From contig DFBJ01000012.1 of assembly GCA_002366565.1 (NCBI GenBank), forward strand, positions 494,950 to 558,949: a stretch of 64,000 bases of DNA, written 5' to 3'. Of this stretch, positions 29,438 through 39,201 are shown in pieces. Below the pieces are notes generated by a model. That model saw nothing but the letters and a program-made list of their open reading frames with translations. It had not been told where the DNA came from and ran no database searches. Within the stretch, counting starts at the first letter, position 1, and every line of letters begins with the position of its first letter. The translations under genes and the position numbers were made by a program. This DNA is from Bacteriovoracaceae bacterium UBA3083. GTDB lineage: Bacteria > Bdellovibrionota > Bacteriovoracia > Bacteriovoracales > Bacteriovoracaceae.

Positions 29438-30643
29438 TTCGTAACGTAACCACGCCTCTTTCTCTCCATATCTCTCGCCTACAATTTGGAAGCTTACCAT
29501 TTGAGACTCACCGAATTTCTGAGTTCGGCTGAGTTCAGCCGAGGTTCCACTAATATCATTTTTTAGAACTAAACTTGTACTGGCTCCCTTCTCTCCGTCT
29601 AAAGAGAAGTAGACCTTTTGTTCTTTATTGCTAGTAATAGAATACTTAGTCTTTAGTTTTAAGCCACTATCTAAAATATCAATACTCATAGGTATCTGGA
29701 GTTCAGCGTGATCTTTTTCTAAATCAATCTTCGCAAAATCATCACCTTCTCTAGATGCTATACTCATTGAAACTTGTTGCTTCTTTGTACTAATTTCTGA
29801 TTCAGTTTTGACAGCAAAGATTTCGGCAACACTAGTGAAAGATTTCCCTTTAACTAGTGTTAACTTCTTTGGGATATTATTTTTATGCTCTATAGATATA
29901 CCAACACCATAGTCTACTTTATCACTAGAGCTATCAACGACTTCTTCGTCCTCGTCAGAGCTACTCGCCCAGAGTTCCCAACTATCTTCCTTATCACTCT
30001 TTTTCTTTTTTTCTTTATTGGAATTATCAATCAACTTTTTCTTAAGCCTGTAGTAAGTTACCTTTGCTTTCTCTGAGTCATGGACATCTATACGAATAAT
30101 AATATTTTTATCCTCACCTTCTCCTCTATAAAAATATGTTCTCTTTTTTTTATCTCTTATTTGGATGGCGTTAATTTTCTCTATAGGTATTTGATCACTA
30201 ATTAAAATTGTTGATTTTTCAAGATCAATATCTTCAACATTTTCATTATTTATTGAATCATCAAAACGCTCACAGGTAGATTCACCAGTTAAGTAGTTTT
30301 CACTAAATGTATAGTGGTATAAAGCATCAAACCCAGAGACCTGTTCCAACGTGCGATTTTCAGGATTTTTAGCATCTTCAATTTCTGCTGTCTTAAGAAT
30401 GATTTCATTTACATCTTCAATGAGTGGCGTAAGAGAGTCGCAATAAATACAAAGCTTTTCATCAGTCCTCTGCAGCTCAGGGAGTGGAACTACTTCAAAA
30501 CCTCCGGCCTTCTTAATTTCTTTATATGTTTCATACGCTTCCATTATTTCATTCTTCAAATCAGTATCAATATCAATATCTAAAGTTTGGCCAAAACTAT
30601 TTGAAGCTATTAAAAATATAAGAAAACAAAGCTTATTCAACAT
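29426..30643 (-). CDS. secreted hypothetical protein
   Basis: 405 aa with a signal peptide (LIFLIASNSFGQ) and an acidic/K-rich middle. No recognisable domain. Confidence 0.45.
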   Translation of the reverse strand: MLNKLCFLIFLIASNSFGQTLDIDIDTDLKNEIMEAYETYKEIKKAGGFEVVPLPELQRTDEKLCIYCDSLTPLIEDVNEIILKTAEIEDAKNPENRTLEQVSGFDALYHYTFSENYLTGESTCERFDDSINNENVEDIDLEKSTILISDQIPIEKINAIQIRDKKKRTYFYRGEGEDKNIIIRIDVHDSEKAKVTYYRLKKKLIDNSNKEKKKKSDKEDSWELWASSSDEDEEVVDSSSDKVDYGVGISIEHKNNIPKKLTLVKGKSFTSVAEIFAVKTESEISTKKQQVSMSIASREGDDFAKIDLEKDHAELQIPMSIDILDSGLKLKTKYSITSNKEQKVYFSLDGEKGASTSLVLKNDISGTSAELSRTQKFGESQMVSFQIVGERYGEKEAWLRYELAF

Positions 30644-30733
30644 AGGTGACTTATCGGATAAACTTAAAATAACTATGAATGTTTTCTTGCATATTCCACA
30701 GATATCATTTAATAATATTAAAAAGAGGAACTT

Positions 30734-30883
30734 ATGACATTACCAAGAAAGAAATTATCCAACGTTTTCACTCTACTTTTTGCTTTAAATAATCATGGAA
30801 TTGTAAAATTTGATGACGTTCATTGGCTTAGATCAGAATTCGCACAATGGGCAGACTCTCTATTAAAGAAAGTAAACCTATAA
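30734..30883 (+). CDS. small hypothetical ORF (49 aa), not in supplied track
   Basis: An aaaagaggaa RBS lies just upstream of the ATG. It is followed by an 8-bp stem-loop (gcgacctc-tttc-gaggtcgc) and sits in a gap between convergent genes. Speculative. Confidence 0.3.
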   Translation: MTLPRKKLSNVFTLLFALNNHGIVKFDDVHWLRSEFAQWADSLLKKVNL

Positions 30884-30915
30884 TCAGCGACCTCTTTCGA
30901 GGTCGCAATCATTAC

Positions 30916-31308
30916 TTAATTCATATTTTGTTTTTCAAGAATTTTTCTTTCAGTTTCAAGATCACGGTTTTCAGCTTTCTCTTCTGAAAACTTTTCTCCA
31001 TATCTTGCTTTTAATTTCTCAATATTTCGTTCCATAACATCGCTCATCTCAACACCTAGCTCATCAGAAACAATTGCTAAGTACCAAAATAAGTCCCCCA
31101 TCTCTTCTGCAAGATTTACTCTATCAAGTTCTTTTCCATAAAAGATATGCTTCTTTAAGGCATCAAGAAACTCTCCAGCTTCTGTAGATAAACCAATACC
31201 TGCATGAAGAAGTCTCTTAACTCCATCATTTTCTAATCTAGTATTCATAGATTTAAAATCAGTTGATTCAGTCTTAATTGCTAATTTTACATAATCTTGT
31301 GTGTTCAT
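30916..31308 (-). CDS. MazG-like nucleotide pyrophosphohydrolase (small all-alpha NTP-PPase)
   Basis: 130 aa. It has the EExGDxxWY MazG signature (LAEEMGDLFWYLAIV) and an upstream E…E helix (GLSTEAGEF). Confidence 0.7.
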   Translation of the reverse strand: MNTQDYVKLAIKTESTDFKSMNTRLENDGVKRLLHAGIGLSTEAGEFLDALKKHIFYGKELDRVNLAEEMGDLFWYLAIVSDELGVEMSDVMERNIEKLKARYGEKFSEEKAENRDLETERKILEKQNMN

Positions 31309-31615
31309 ATATCCCCCATTTGAAACTAACTTCTCAATTAGCTCCTAAACAGTCAATACCCCGAAGGGTCCGGACACTTAGGATAATTATAGGAGGGAAT
31401 ATTTAGGTAGGATTTCTGGAGGATGTCTTGAATTTTTAACTCAGTGGTCTCTAAGTGTCCTTCTCAATTATCATCACATTATGCCAATCAAAAAATGTCA
31501 CAATTATGTAAACTTTAAGTCAAATCGAACAATATTTAAGTCGCAATGCAATGAGCACCTGATATTCTTGATGTCTGAATATATTGAGATAGAATACCTA
31601 CTAAATTAATATTTT

Positions 31616-32374
31616 TTGGAGAAAAAAATGAACATTATGCCATTCGTCCCGTTTATTGTTATCTTACTAATTCTCTTATTTAACACTATTAAAGTATTAA
31701 ATGAATATGAGAGAGCTGTAGTTTTCAGACTAGGTAGATTCTCAGGAGTTCGAGGCCCAGGGCTAATAATCCTGATCCCTGGAATTGAAAAGATGAGTAG
31801 AGTTGATCTAAGAACAGTAACAATGGATATTCCATCTCAAGATATTATCTCGAAAGATAACGTTACACTTAAAGTAAATGGTGTCGTTTACTTCAGAGTT
31901 AACAATCCAGAAAAAGCAATTATTGCAGTTGAAGACAGCTTACAAGCAACAGCACAAATAGCTCAAACAACTCTTAGATCAGTAATTGGTCAATTTGAAC
32001 TAGATGAAATCCTTTCACAAAGAGAAGAGATTAATCAAAAGTTACAAACAATTCTTGATGATCAAACTGAACCTTGGGGAATTAAAGTCTCAGCTGTAGA
32101 AGTTAAAGCAATTGACCTACCTATAGAAATGCAAAGGGCCATGGCGAAGCAAGCTGAAGCAGAAAGAGATAAGAGAGCAAAAGTTATCTCTGCAGATGGT
32201 GAACTACAAGCATCTAAAAAATTAGCTGAAGCTGCTGAGATACTAGGAAGTCAAAAAGACGCAATCACACTAAGATACTTAGATACAATGAAAGAAATAT
32301 CAACAGGAGATGGAAAGACTACGACATTCTTCCCTCTACCAGTAGACTTCTTAAATATGCTTACTAAGAAATGA
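31616..32374 (+). CDS. SPFH/band-7 (stomatin/prohibitin-family) membrane protein
   Basis: 252 aa. An N-terminal TM is followed by the classic stomatin motif …[12 protein letters not shown]…[12 protein letters not shown]…VDLRT… and a coiled-coil A/E/K-rich C-terminus. Confidence 0.8.
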   Translation: MEKKMNIMPFVPFIVILLILLFNTIKVLNEYERAVVFRLGRFSGVRGPGLIILIPGIEKMSRVDLRTVTMDIPSQDIISKDNVTLKVNGVVYFRVNNPEKAIIAVEDSLQATAQIAQTTLRSVIGQFELDEILSQREEINQKLQTILDDQTEPWGIKVSAVEVKAIDLPIEMQRAMAKQAEAERDKRAKVISADGELQASKKLAEAAEILGSQKDAITLRYLDTMKEISTGDGKTTTFFPLPVDFLNMLTKK

Positions 32375-32901
32375 TTTACAAACTCACTCCATTTACAAAA
32401 ATGAACACCTCGCTAGATCTTCTAGCGAGTGCTCTTCTAGAGAAGAATAGCCTTTATTTAAACTACAAACTAACTGGAGATCTAAGTAAAATAAAGATCC
32501 CCAAACAACTTGAACATAAAAGAGAAATAGGACTCTGGGAGTCTACTTGCTTTGAATTTTTCTTTTTAAATGAGGAAGATCATTCATATTATGAATTTAA
32601 CTTTTCTCCTTCTGGAAAATGGAATTGCTTCTTTTTTAATAAGCAAGGTGATCAGCTCAAAGAAACAGAATGTAATGTTTTAAACTTTAATTGTAATAGA
32701 GAAGACAACTTCTTTGAACTGCAAATAGAGATAGATATGAACTCTCTTAAGGAGTCATTTAGAAATTTAGATGAATTTAAAATGAATCTAACTACAGTTA
32801 TTGAGGCTGATGATCTTTCTTACTGGGCCTTAGATCATGGAAAGGAAAAACCTAATTTTCACGACTTTAAATACTTTCGTAAAAATAAAAAAGTCAGGTA
32901 A
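32371..32901 (+). CDS. hypothetical protein (translationally coupled to SPFH gene)
   Basis: 176 aa. Its ATG overlaps the SPFH stop codon (ATGA). No recognisable domain. Confidence 0.45.
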   Translation: MIYKLTPFTKMNTSLDLLASALLEKNSLYLNYKLTGDLSKIKIPKQLEHKREIGLWESTCFEFFFLNEEDHSYYEFNFSPSGKWNCFFFNKQGDQLKETECNVLNFNCNREDNFFELQIEIDMNSLKESFRNLDEFKMNLTTVIEADDLSYWALDHGKEKPNFHDFKYFRKNKKVR

Positions 32902-32945
32902 CAAGCCGAAACTTGTTACCTGACACCCACACACTACACATCTTA

Positions 32946-33362
32946 CTACTGGCACAACCCAGTAGCAGAAGAAATATCTATTTTCATTAATTCTTTAAAA
33001 CTTGGATTTGAACTAGTCTCAATTAAAACTTCAACTGTTTCAAAAGCATCTTCATCACTAACAGCATCAAAATTTCTAAATTCAAAAGAGATATAAATCT
33101 TCGTATCAAAAGAAGTCTTTGAATTTTCTGGTACATGAACCACATCTGTAAAAGAATCAGTCATCAGTATATCTAGACGTTGGTCTAAAGAATCATCTCC
33201 ACCACCAAAACATCTGTTTAAAAGAGTCTTACTAATAAGTCTTTCCATTCTATTATCAAACTTCCCTGCCAAGTCATCATTTAAATAACGATAAACAACT
33301 TGTGTATCCGCCATTACAGAAACAATTGTAAGCAAGCAAATAATTGATAAAAACTTTTTCAT
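32946..33362 (-). CDS. small secreted hypothetical protein
   Basis: 138 aa with a signal peptide (LLTIVSVMA). Acidic. Confidence 0.45.
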   Translation of the reverse strand: MKKFLSIICLLTIVSVMADTQVVYRYLNDDLAGKFDNRMERLISKTLLNRCFGGGDDSLDQRLDILMTDSFTDVVHVPENSKTSFDTKIYISFEFRNFDAVSDEDAFETVEVLIETSSNPSFKELMKIDISSATGLCQ

Positions 33363-33539
33363 AAAACTTTCTCCAAATTCTTTAATTTGTTGTAGGACTT
33401 TCTAGAATGTTTATTTTCCTTTTACAATTGCTTGAAACTAAACGTGTTAAGTTTTCCTGCGCAAACTTTGTGAAACATTCGCAAAAAGTGCGAATTTTAT
33501 TTAAGAATTTGAAATAAAGCACGATAAGCTTATAGAATT

Positions 33540-34373
33540 ATGGAAAAAGAAAAGAGATTGAATATATTCGAATACGCCGATTATCGTGAGTTTCTTAGAG
33601 ACTTTAACGAGATGAAGAAGCGTGTAAATCCTTCATGGTCTTTTGGCCTGTGGGCATCCAAACTTGGACTTAATAGTATCTCTTCAATAACAATGATTAT
33701 TAATGGGCAAAGACATGCTGGTAAGAAGATTCAAGCCTCACTAATTAAGTATTTTAATTTTAATTCAAAAGAAACTTACTATTTTGAGGAATTAGTTAAA
33801 ATTGCCAAAAGTAGCAAGAACGACCCTAGCCTAACAATTCTAATGTTAGAACAGAACGATGACCTAAAATCTCTTAGAGAAGAAAATACTGAACAAGTAG
33901 ACCTCTTCTTTAACTGGAAGGCACATTGTGTGAAAGAACTCACTCAATTAAAGGACTTTGTCCCAGATGGTGAATGGATAGAAAAAAGAACTAATTCACT
34001 TATCAAAAAAGAAGAGGCCAATAAGCTTTTGACGGCATTATTAAAAAGTAACTTCATAGAGACAAGTAACCTTAATGGAAAAGAGTCACTAGTTGCTGTT
34101 AGTGCTATTCACCCAACTAAAGAAGTGACGATGGAAGCTGCTAAGGCCTATCACAAAGGGTTAATGGATAACTCCTATGAAGCAATTAATACTAATAAAG
34201 AAAAAAGATCTTTAAACGCTACAACACTCTCAGTATTAAAAGATGATATTCCAAAAGCAAAAGAGCTTATAAGAGAGTTTCAAATTCATTTTTCTGAGGA
34301 AATTGAACAAAACCCTGCTGATGAAGTCTATCAATTAAATATTCAATTCTTCCCTTTAACTAATAAAGATTAA
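33540..34373 (+). CDS. hypothetical protein (possibly the Fibrobacter/Bdellovibrio 'TIGR02147'-type paralogous family; tentative)
   Basis: 277 aa. The N-terminal IFEYADYREFLRDF… resembles, from memory only, a conserved hypothetical family seen in Bdellovibrio-like organisms. This cannot be verified here. Confidence 0.35.
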   Translation: MEKEKRLNIFEYADYREFLRDFNEMKKRVNPSWSFGLWASKLGLNSISSITMIINGQRHAGKKIQASLIKYFNFNSKETYYFEELVKIAKSSKNDPSLTILMLEQNDDLKSLREENTEQVDLFFNWKAHCVKELTQLKDFVPDGEWIEKRTNSLIKKEEANKLLTALLKSNFIETSNLNGKESLVAVSAIHPTKEVTMEAAKAYHKGLMDNSYEAINTNKEKRSLNATTLSVLKDDIPKAKELIREFQIHFSEEIEQNPADEVYQLNIQFFPLTNKD

Positions 34374-34537
34374 TCTAGTCACTACCACTAAAAAGTATTT
34401 ACCAAATATAATATTAGAAACTTAACGCACATCTCATACCTAAGAATAACTATTCTGTAAGTTTTTCGTGACGAATTCCGACTTCTCTGGTCAAATATTT
34501 TCACACACACAACAACACATTTTCTCGGAGACTCACT

Positions 34538-35440
34538 ATGGACTTGATGCCAATCAATGACATCATCGTTAACAATAAATATCTAAGAACTAATACAAAT
34601 GTAGACAATTTAATAGAGAGTATTGAAAACATAGGCTTAATAAGCCCTCTTATAATCAATCTAGAAAACAAGTTAATTGCTGGTGGTCGTCGCTACTCTG
34701 CTCTAAAAAAACTAGGAAAAGAAGAAGTTCCAGTTATCAAAGTTGACGAGGGTGAACTTAAAGAAGAACTTATTTCTATCGATGAAAACCTTGTTAGAAA
34801 AAACCTTACAGATTTAGAATTTGAAAATTGTCTCAATAGAGGTAAAGAGATTTACGAAAAACTTAATCCTAATTTAAAAGAAGAAATTACGATCAAGGAT
34901 CTAGCAAGACCTTCTAAGAAGAAAGCTTCTGAAGAGGACTTAAATGATGAATTAAGTGCTGCTGTAGAGCAAGCTGAGATAAGAACATTCGTAAAAGATA
35001 CGGCCGATAAAACGGGTCTAAGTGAGCGAGCAATCAAGGCCGCAATTTTAAGAGATAGAGACTCTTCAAATAGTGTTAAGAATGCAAGACTAAATGGTGA
35101 ACTTGGGGCAACTCAAGCTAACGAGCTCATCAAGTTACCTCAAGAGGTACAAGAAGAGATTCTTCCTTTCATAAGAGAGAAAGCAGCTAATGTTGTAAAA
35201 GATCTCGTAAAAGAAGTTCAAAACGTTGGTGCAAAAGAAGCGATTGAAAAAGTACTTGCTAAAGATCCACTTATTACAGATTTTAAAGCAATTAAAAATA
35301 CAACGAAGAGACTTAACAGAACACTTATTAAAGTTATTACAGAGAATAGATCTGTAGAGGGAAAAGAAAGAGAAGATGCTATGAAAGAGCTAATTTCTCT
35401 AAAATCTTCTATCGATGAGCTAATCGAATTCTACCAATAA
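34538..35440 (+). CDS. ParB/Srx-like N-terminal domain protein (orphan ParB-like)
   Basis: 300 aa. The N-terminal domain has an Arg-rich GGRRY motif (…KLIAGGRRYSALKKLG…), analogous to the GERRxRA CTP-binding box of ParB. The C-terminus is helical. No parA is adjacent. Confidence 0.55.
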   Translation: MDLMPINDIIVNNKYLRTNTNVDNLIESIENIGLISPLIINLENKLIAGGRRYSALKKLGKEEVPVIKVDEGELKEELISIDENLVRKNLTDLEFENCLNRGKEIYEKLNPNLKEEITIKDLARPSKKKASEEDLNDELSAAVEQAEIRTFVKDTADKTGLSERAIKAAILRDRDSSNSVKNARLNGELGATQANELIKLPQEVQEEILPFIREKAANVVKDLVKEVQNVGAKEAIEKVLAKDPLITDFKAIKNTTKRLNRTLIKVITENRSVEGKEREDAMKELISLKSSIDELIEFYQ

Positions 35441-35557
35441 TAAATATATGCCCTAAGTAGCTGATACTTAGGGCAATTTGACGCATACTTTCTAGTCACA
35501 CTCCGGCCATTTTTATACACTACACCTCAAAATAAGTTAATCAATACAAGGATATAT

Positions 35558-37597
35558 ATGAAGTTACAAAGCTACGCCCATGGACAATGGATTGAAGGAA
35601 AAACTGAAGGTGCTAAACTACTAGACGCCTCTAACGGTAATCTAATAGGGACGGCCTGTTCTAAAGGTTTAGACTTTGGAGAGATGTTAGATTTTGGTAG
35701 AAGAATTGGTAATAAGAATCTTCGTTCTATGACATTTCATGAAAGAGCAAGAGCATTAAAAGCACTTGCACTACACCTGCTTGAGCATAAAGATAAATTC
35801 TACCAAGTTTCATTTCAAACTGGAGCGACAAAAGTAGATAGCTGGATTGATATTGAAGGTGGTATTGGAAACTTATTTGTATACTCTTCAAAGGGACGTA
35901 GAGAACTACCAAATGAGAAATTTCTTGTAGACGGCGCTCCTGAACATTTAAGTAAAGGTGGAACATTTCTAGGTCACCATATTTGGACTCCTAAGAGAGG
36001 TTGTGCTGTTCATATTAATGCATTCAACTTCCCTGTTTGGGGAATGCTAGAGAAAATAGCAGTAAATATTCTTGCGGGAATGCCTGCTATTGTTAAGCCA
36101 GCAACTGCAACAAGTTATTTAACAGAAGTTGTATTTAGAGAAATTATTGCATCAAACATTCTTCCAGAAGGCTCACTTCAGCTAATATCAGGTAGTGCCT
36201 CAGGGATTCTAGATCATGCAACATCACAAGATGTTATTACGTTTACGGGATCTGCATCTACAGGAAAAATGCTTAAATCTCACAAGAATATCCTTGAAAA
36301 TAATATCCCATTCAATATGGAAGCTGATTCATTAAACGCATCAATCCTAGGTCCTGATGCAAAAGTAGGAACAGAAGAGTTTGATTTATTCGTAAAAGAA
36401 GTTTCTAGAGAAATGACAGTAAAGGCCGGGCAAAAGTGTACGGCAATTAGAAGAATTATCATTCCTAGAGATAGTGTTGAAGAAGTACAAAAAGCATTAA
36501 TTGCAAGACTTGAGAAAGTTACAATTGGAGACCCAAGAGAGAAAGATGTTCGAATGGGACCTCTTGCAAGTATATCTCAAAAAGAAGAAGTTCTAGCTAA
36601 GATAGCTGAGCTTAGAAAAGATAGTGAATTATTATATGGTGGGGGTCTTCCTCAGAGTACTATCGGTGGAGACTTAGAGAAGGGTGCTTTTGTGTCTCCT
36701 ACTCTCCTATTATGCAAAACTCCAATGACAACAAGTTCAGTTCACAATATAGAGGCCTTTGGTCCAGTGAGTACAATCCTACCTTATGATTCGACAGAAG
36801 AAGCAATTGAATTAAGTCATAAAGGTGAAGGTTCCCTAGTAAGTTCAATCGTTACAAACGATAATGAATTTGCAACTGAAGTTGTACTTGAGACGGCCTC
36901 TAGTCATGGTAGAGTTCTCGTTCTAAATAGACATTGTGCTAAAGAGTCTACTGGACATGGATCTCCTATGCCTCAGTTAGTTCACGGAGGACCAGGTAGA
37001 GCTGGTGGTGGTGAAGAAATGGGCGGAATTAGAGGTGTTAATCACTATATGCAAAGAACTGCAATTCAAGGTCATCCAACAACTCTTACGGCCATTACAA
37101 ATGTATTTCAACCAGGGAGTGAATTAAAAGAATCTGCAATTCATCCTTTTAGAAAACATTTTGAAGAAGTTCAAATTGGAGATACTCTAACAACTCATAA
37201 GAGAACAGTTACTGAAACAGATATAGTAAACTTCGCAAATGTTAGTTGGGATCACTTCTACGCTCACACAGATGATACTTCATTAGAGGGAACAATTTTT
37301 GAAAGAAGATGTGCCCACGGTTATTTCGTAATATCTGCGGCGGCGGGACTATTTGTTGATCCAGGTAAGGGTCCAGTTCTTGCAAACTATGGTTTAGATG
37401 AACTTAGATTTACTAAGCCAGTATATGTCGGATCAACAATTCAAGTACAATTAACTTGTAAAGAAAAAATAGATCAAGAAGCTAGAGAGGGAGAAGACCC
37501 TCGTGGTGTAGTAAAATGGCAAGTAAATGTAATAGATGAAACGGGTGAAACGGTTGCTTTAGCGACTATTCTCACTCTAGTGGCAAAGTTAAAATAA
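35558..37597 (+). CDS. paaZ: bifunctional aldehyde dehydrogenase / MaoC-like enoyl-CoA hydratase, PaaZ-type (oxepin-CoA hydrolase / 3-oxo-5,6-dehydrosuberyl-CoA semialdehyde dehydrogenase)
   Basis: 679 aa, matching E. coli PaaZ (681 aa). Long conserved blocks appear to match E. coli PaaZ as I recall it: AVHINAFNFPVWGMLEKIA, KAGQKCTAIRRIIIP (catalytic Cys), ESTGHGSPMPQLVHGGPGRAGGGEEMGG, and a C-terminal MaoC hot-dog (…HGYFVISAAAGLFVD…). Confidence 0.8.
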   Translation: MKLQSYAHGQWIEGKTEGAKLLDASNGNLIGTACSKGLDFGEMLDFGRRIGNKNLRSMTFHERARALKALALHLLEHKDKFYQVSFQTGATKVDSWIDIEGGIGNLFVYSSKGRRELPNEKFLVDGAPEHLSKGGTFLGHHIWTPKRGCAVHINAFNFPVWGMLEKIAVNILAGMPAIVKPATATSYLTEVVFREIIASNILPEGSLQLISGSASGILDHATSQDVITFTGSASTGKMLKSHKNILENNIPFNMEADSLNASILGPDAKVGTEEFDLFVKEVSREMTVKAGQKCTAIRRIIIPRDSVEEVQKALIARLEKVTIGDPREKDVRMGPLASISQKEEVLAKIAELRKDSELLYGGGLPQSTIGGDLEKGAFVSPTLLLCKTPMTTSSVHNIEAFGPVSTILPYDSTEEAIELSHKGEGSLVSSIVTNDNEFATEVVLETASSHGRVLVLNRHCAKESTGHGSPMPQLVHGGPGRAGGGEEMGGIRGVNHYMQRTAIQGHPTTLTAITNVFQPGSELKESAIHPFRKHFEEVQIGDTLTTHKRTVTETDIVNFANVSWDHFYAHTDDTSLEGTIFERRCAHGYFVISAAAGLFVDPGKGPVLANYGLDELRFTKPVYVGSTIQVQLTCKEKIDQEAREGEDPRGVVKWQVNVIDETGETVALATILTLVAKLK

Positions 37598-37608
37598 TTA
37601 AGAAAAGT

Positions 37609-37627
37609 ACCCCTCATTTTGAGGGGT
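37609..37627. terminator. bidirectional rho-independent terminator between paaZ and convergent OMP gene
   Basis: The hairpin is cccctca-ttt-tgagggg, followed by tatatatttt. Confidence 0.55.
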
Positions 37628-37634
37628 ATATATT

Positions 37635-38846
37635 TTAGAAAGTAAGTTCTAAACCAAAGTCAATTCTATCTTCCTTAAACTGATATCCGTCAGTACTATA
37701 CTCAAATTCTTTTTTTCCAAGCTTTAATTTTAACTGACTACTTTCATGTAAGAAACTTAGTGGTCTATTCTTTGAGTATGTTGCGCCAAAGAACTCTTCT
37801 GTAATTGAAGTATTAGAACCCATAGTCCAACTCTCATACTCATAAGTCACCTCATAAGTCTCTTCAAACGATAAGTTAAAATCAAATTTAGTCCCAAGAG
37901 AAAAACCTCTCTCTTTCTTATCAATTGAATTAAAATTCAATTGCTCATAAGCAATACCAACACCAGCATTTACATCAAACTGTATTTGCTCATTAATGTT
38001 ATAAATTAATCCATAACTAGCTTGCCATGAACTTACCTTACTTCTAACTATATCTAAAATTTTGTTATGATCATAACTTAAGTATTCCTGTGATGTTTTA
38101 ATTTGCCATCTAAGATCTTGCTCACCACCTAGGTAGAGATAGATATTATCGACGATTAAATTTAACTCCTTTTTAAGAAGATCAAACTCAATGATTGGCA
38201 CACTTTCGATATCACTTCTTTTATCAACTAGAGGAATCACTACATTTGTATTAAACCACTTATAAACCTTTTCACTTTCAAGCCCATAACCTTTAGCTAT
38301 CTGCTCTTCATTAAGGCTATATTTAAAAGCTACAACATTATATTCTTTATCTTCTATTTTAATTTGCCCAGGGCTAACGGTAAAATCACTCATCATCGTG
38401 TACCCATCACCTGATGACTCTAAATCTGCCCAACCTTCAACAAAACTATTACTATGTCCTTCGAATAGATAAGAGAGACCAACGGTAGGTAGATACATAG
38501 GTCCAATAGTTGCACTAGCAACAGAGTGACCACCCTCGTGATCGTGAGCATAACCTCCGACTTGAAATAATCCTAAAGAATATGCTCCACTATGAAATGG
38601 TGGGGCATTCTCTATTCCCATCTGAATCACTTCAGTTTCTTCATTATTATGTAATTGAAGCTGAGCTCCATCCCTATCAAAAATCATGTACCAGAGAATA
38701 TGAGTTGCTCCTATGACAGTCTGGACGGCTCCGACTGTTGCATTATCAAATAAGTGAACAACTTTCTTAGCTGTATTACTTTTTTGATCAGCGAAAGAAT
38801 TTAAAGGCAGCAGTGTAATTAATAATGATAACATTAAGTATTTCAT
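37635..38846 (-). CDS. putative outer-membrane beta-barrel protein (hypothetical)
   Basis: 403 aa with a signal peptide (MKYLMLSLLITLLPLNSFA). It has an alternating amphipathic beta-strand character and a C-terminal aromatic residue (…GLELTF), typical of OMPs. Confidence 0.45.
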   Translation of the reverse strand: MKYLMLSLLITLLPLNSFADQKSNTAKKVVHLFDNATVGAVQTVIGATHILWYMIFDRDGAQLQLHNNEETEVIQMGIENAPPFHSGAYSLGLFQVGGYAHDHEGGHSVASATIGPMYLPTVGLSYLFEGHSNSFVEGWADLESSGDGYTMMSDFTVSPGQIKIEDKEYNVVAFKYSLNEEQIAKGYGLESEKVYKWFNTNVVIPLVDKRSDIESVPIIEFDLLKKELNLIVDNIYLYLGGEQDLRWQIKTSQEYLSYDHNKILDIVRSKVSSWQASYGLIYNINEQIQFDVNAGVGIAYEQLNFNSIDKKERGFSLGTKFDFNLSFEETYEVTYEYESWTMGSNTSITEEFFGATYSKNRPLSFLHESSQLKLKLGKKEFEYSTDGYQFKEDRIDFGLELTF

Positions 38847-39157
38847 GATTCTCCCATTTGTTTGTACTACTAAACAAGCAAATTTGAGGCCATAAAATAT
38901 CTGTAATATTAAGCAGTTAAAAAATATAAGCTCGCGTAAAAATCATGCACCTGTATAAATAGTTAACAGAATGTACCTAAAATAGAATGATAGACAGAAT
39001 TCAAGGGCCAACCCATCTCCAAAAGTCTTCGTATAAAGATATTAACTCTTCCCTAATGGCAAATTAACGCACAACTAGAAATAAAAGATGTTTCATTAAT
39101 CCACTATTCATTGACGAAATGAGAAGCTGGCCCTAGTCTAATATTTTCAAAATTATA

Positions 39158-39179
39158 TATATTACATATTTGTAATATA
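39158..39179. promoter_or_regulatory. 9-bp perfect inverted repeat (tatattaca-tatt-tgtaatata), candidate MarR-type operator
   Basis: It ends 22 nt upstream of the regulator ATG (39202), overlapping the AT-rich -10 region of the lipid/ole operon promoter. Confidence 0.4.
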
Positions 39180-39201
39180 ACTTAATTTACAGGAACTTAT
39201 A

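Noticed and set aside
30887-30906. 8-bp stem-loop gcgacctc-tttc-gaggtcgc as an intrinsic terminator
   Set aside because: There is no U-tract on either strand. It is kept only as a note under the small ORF and is possibly an RNA stability element.
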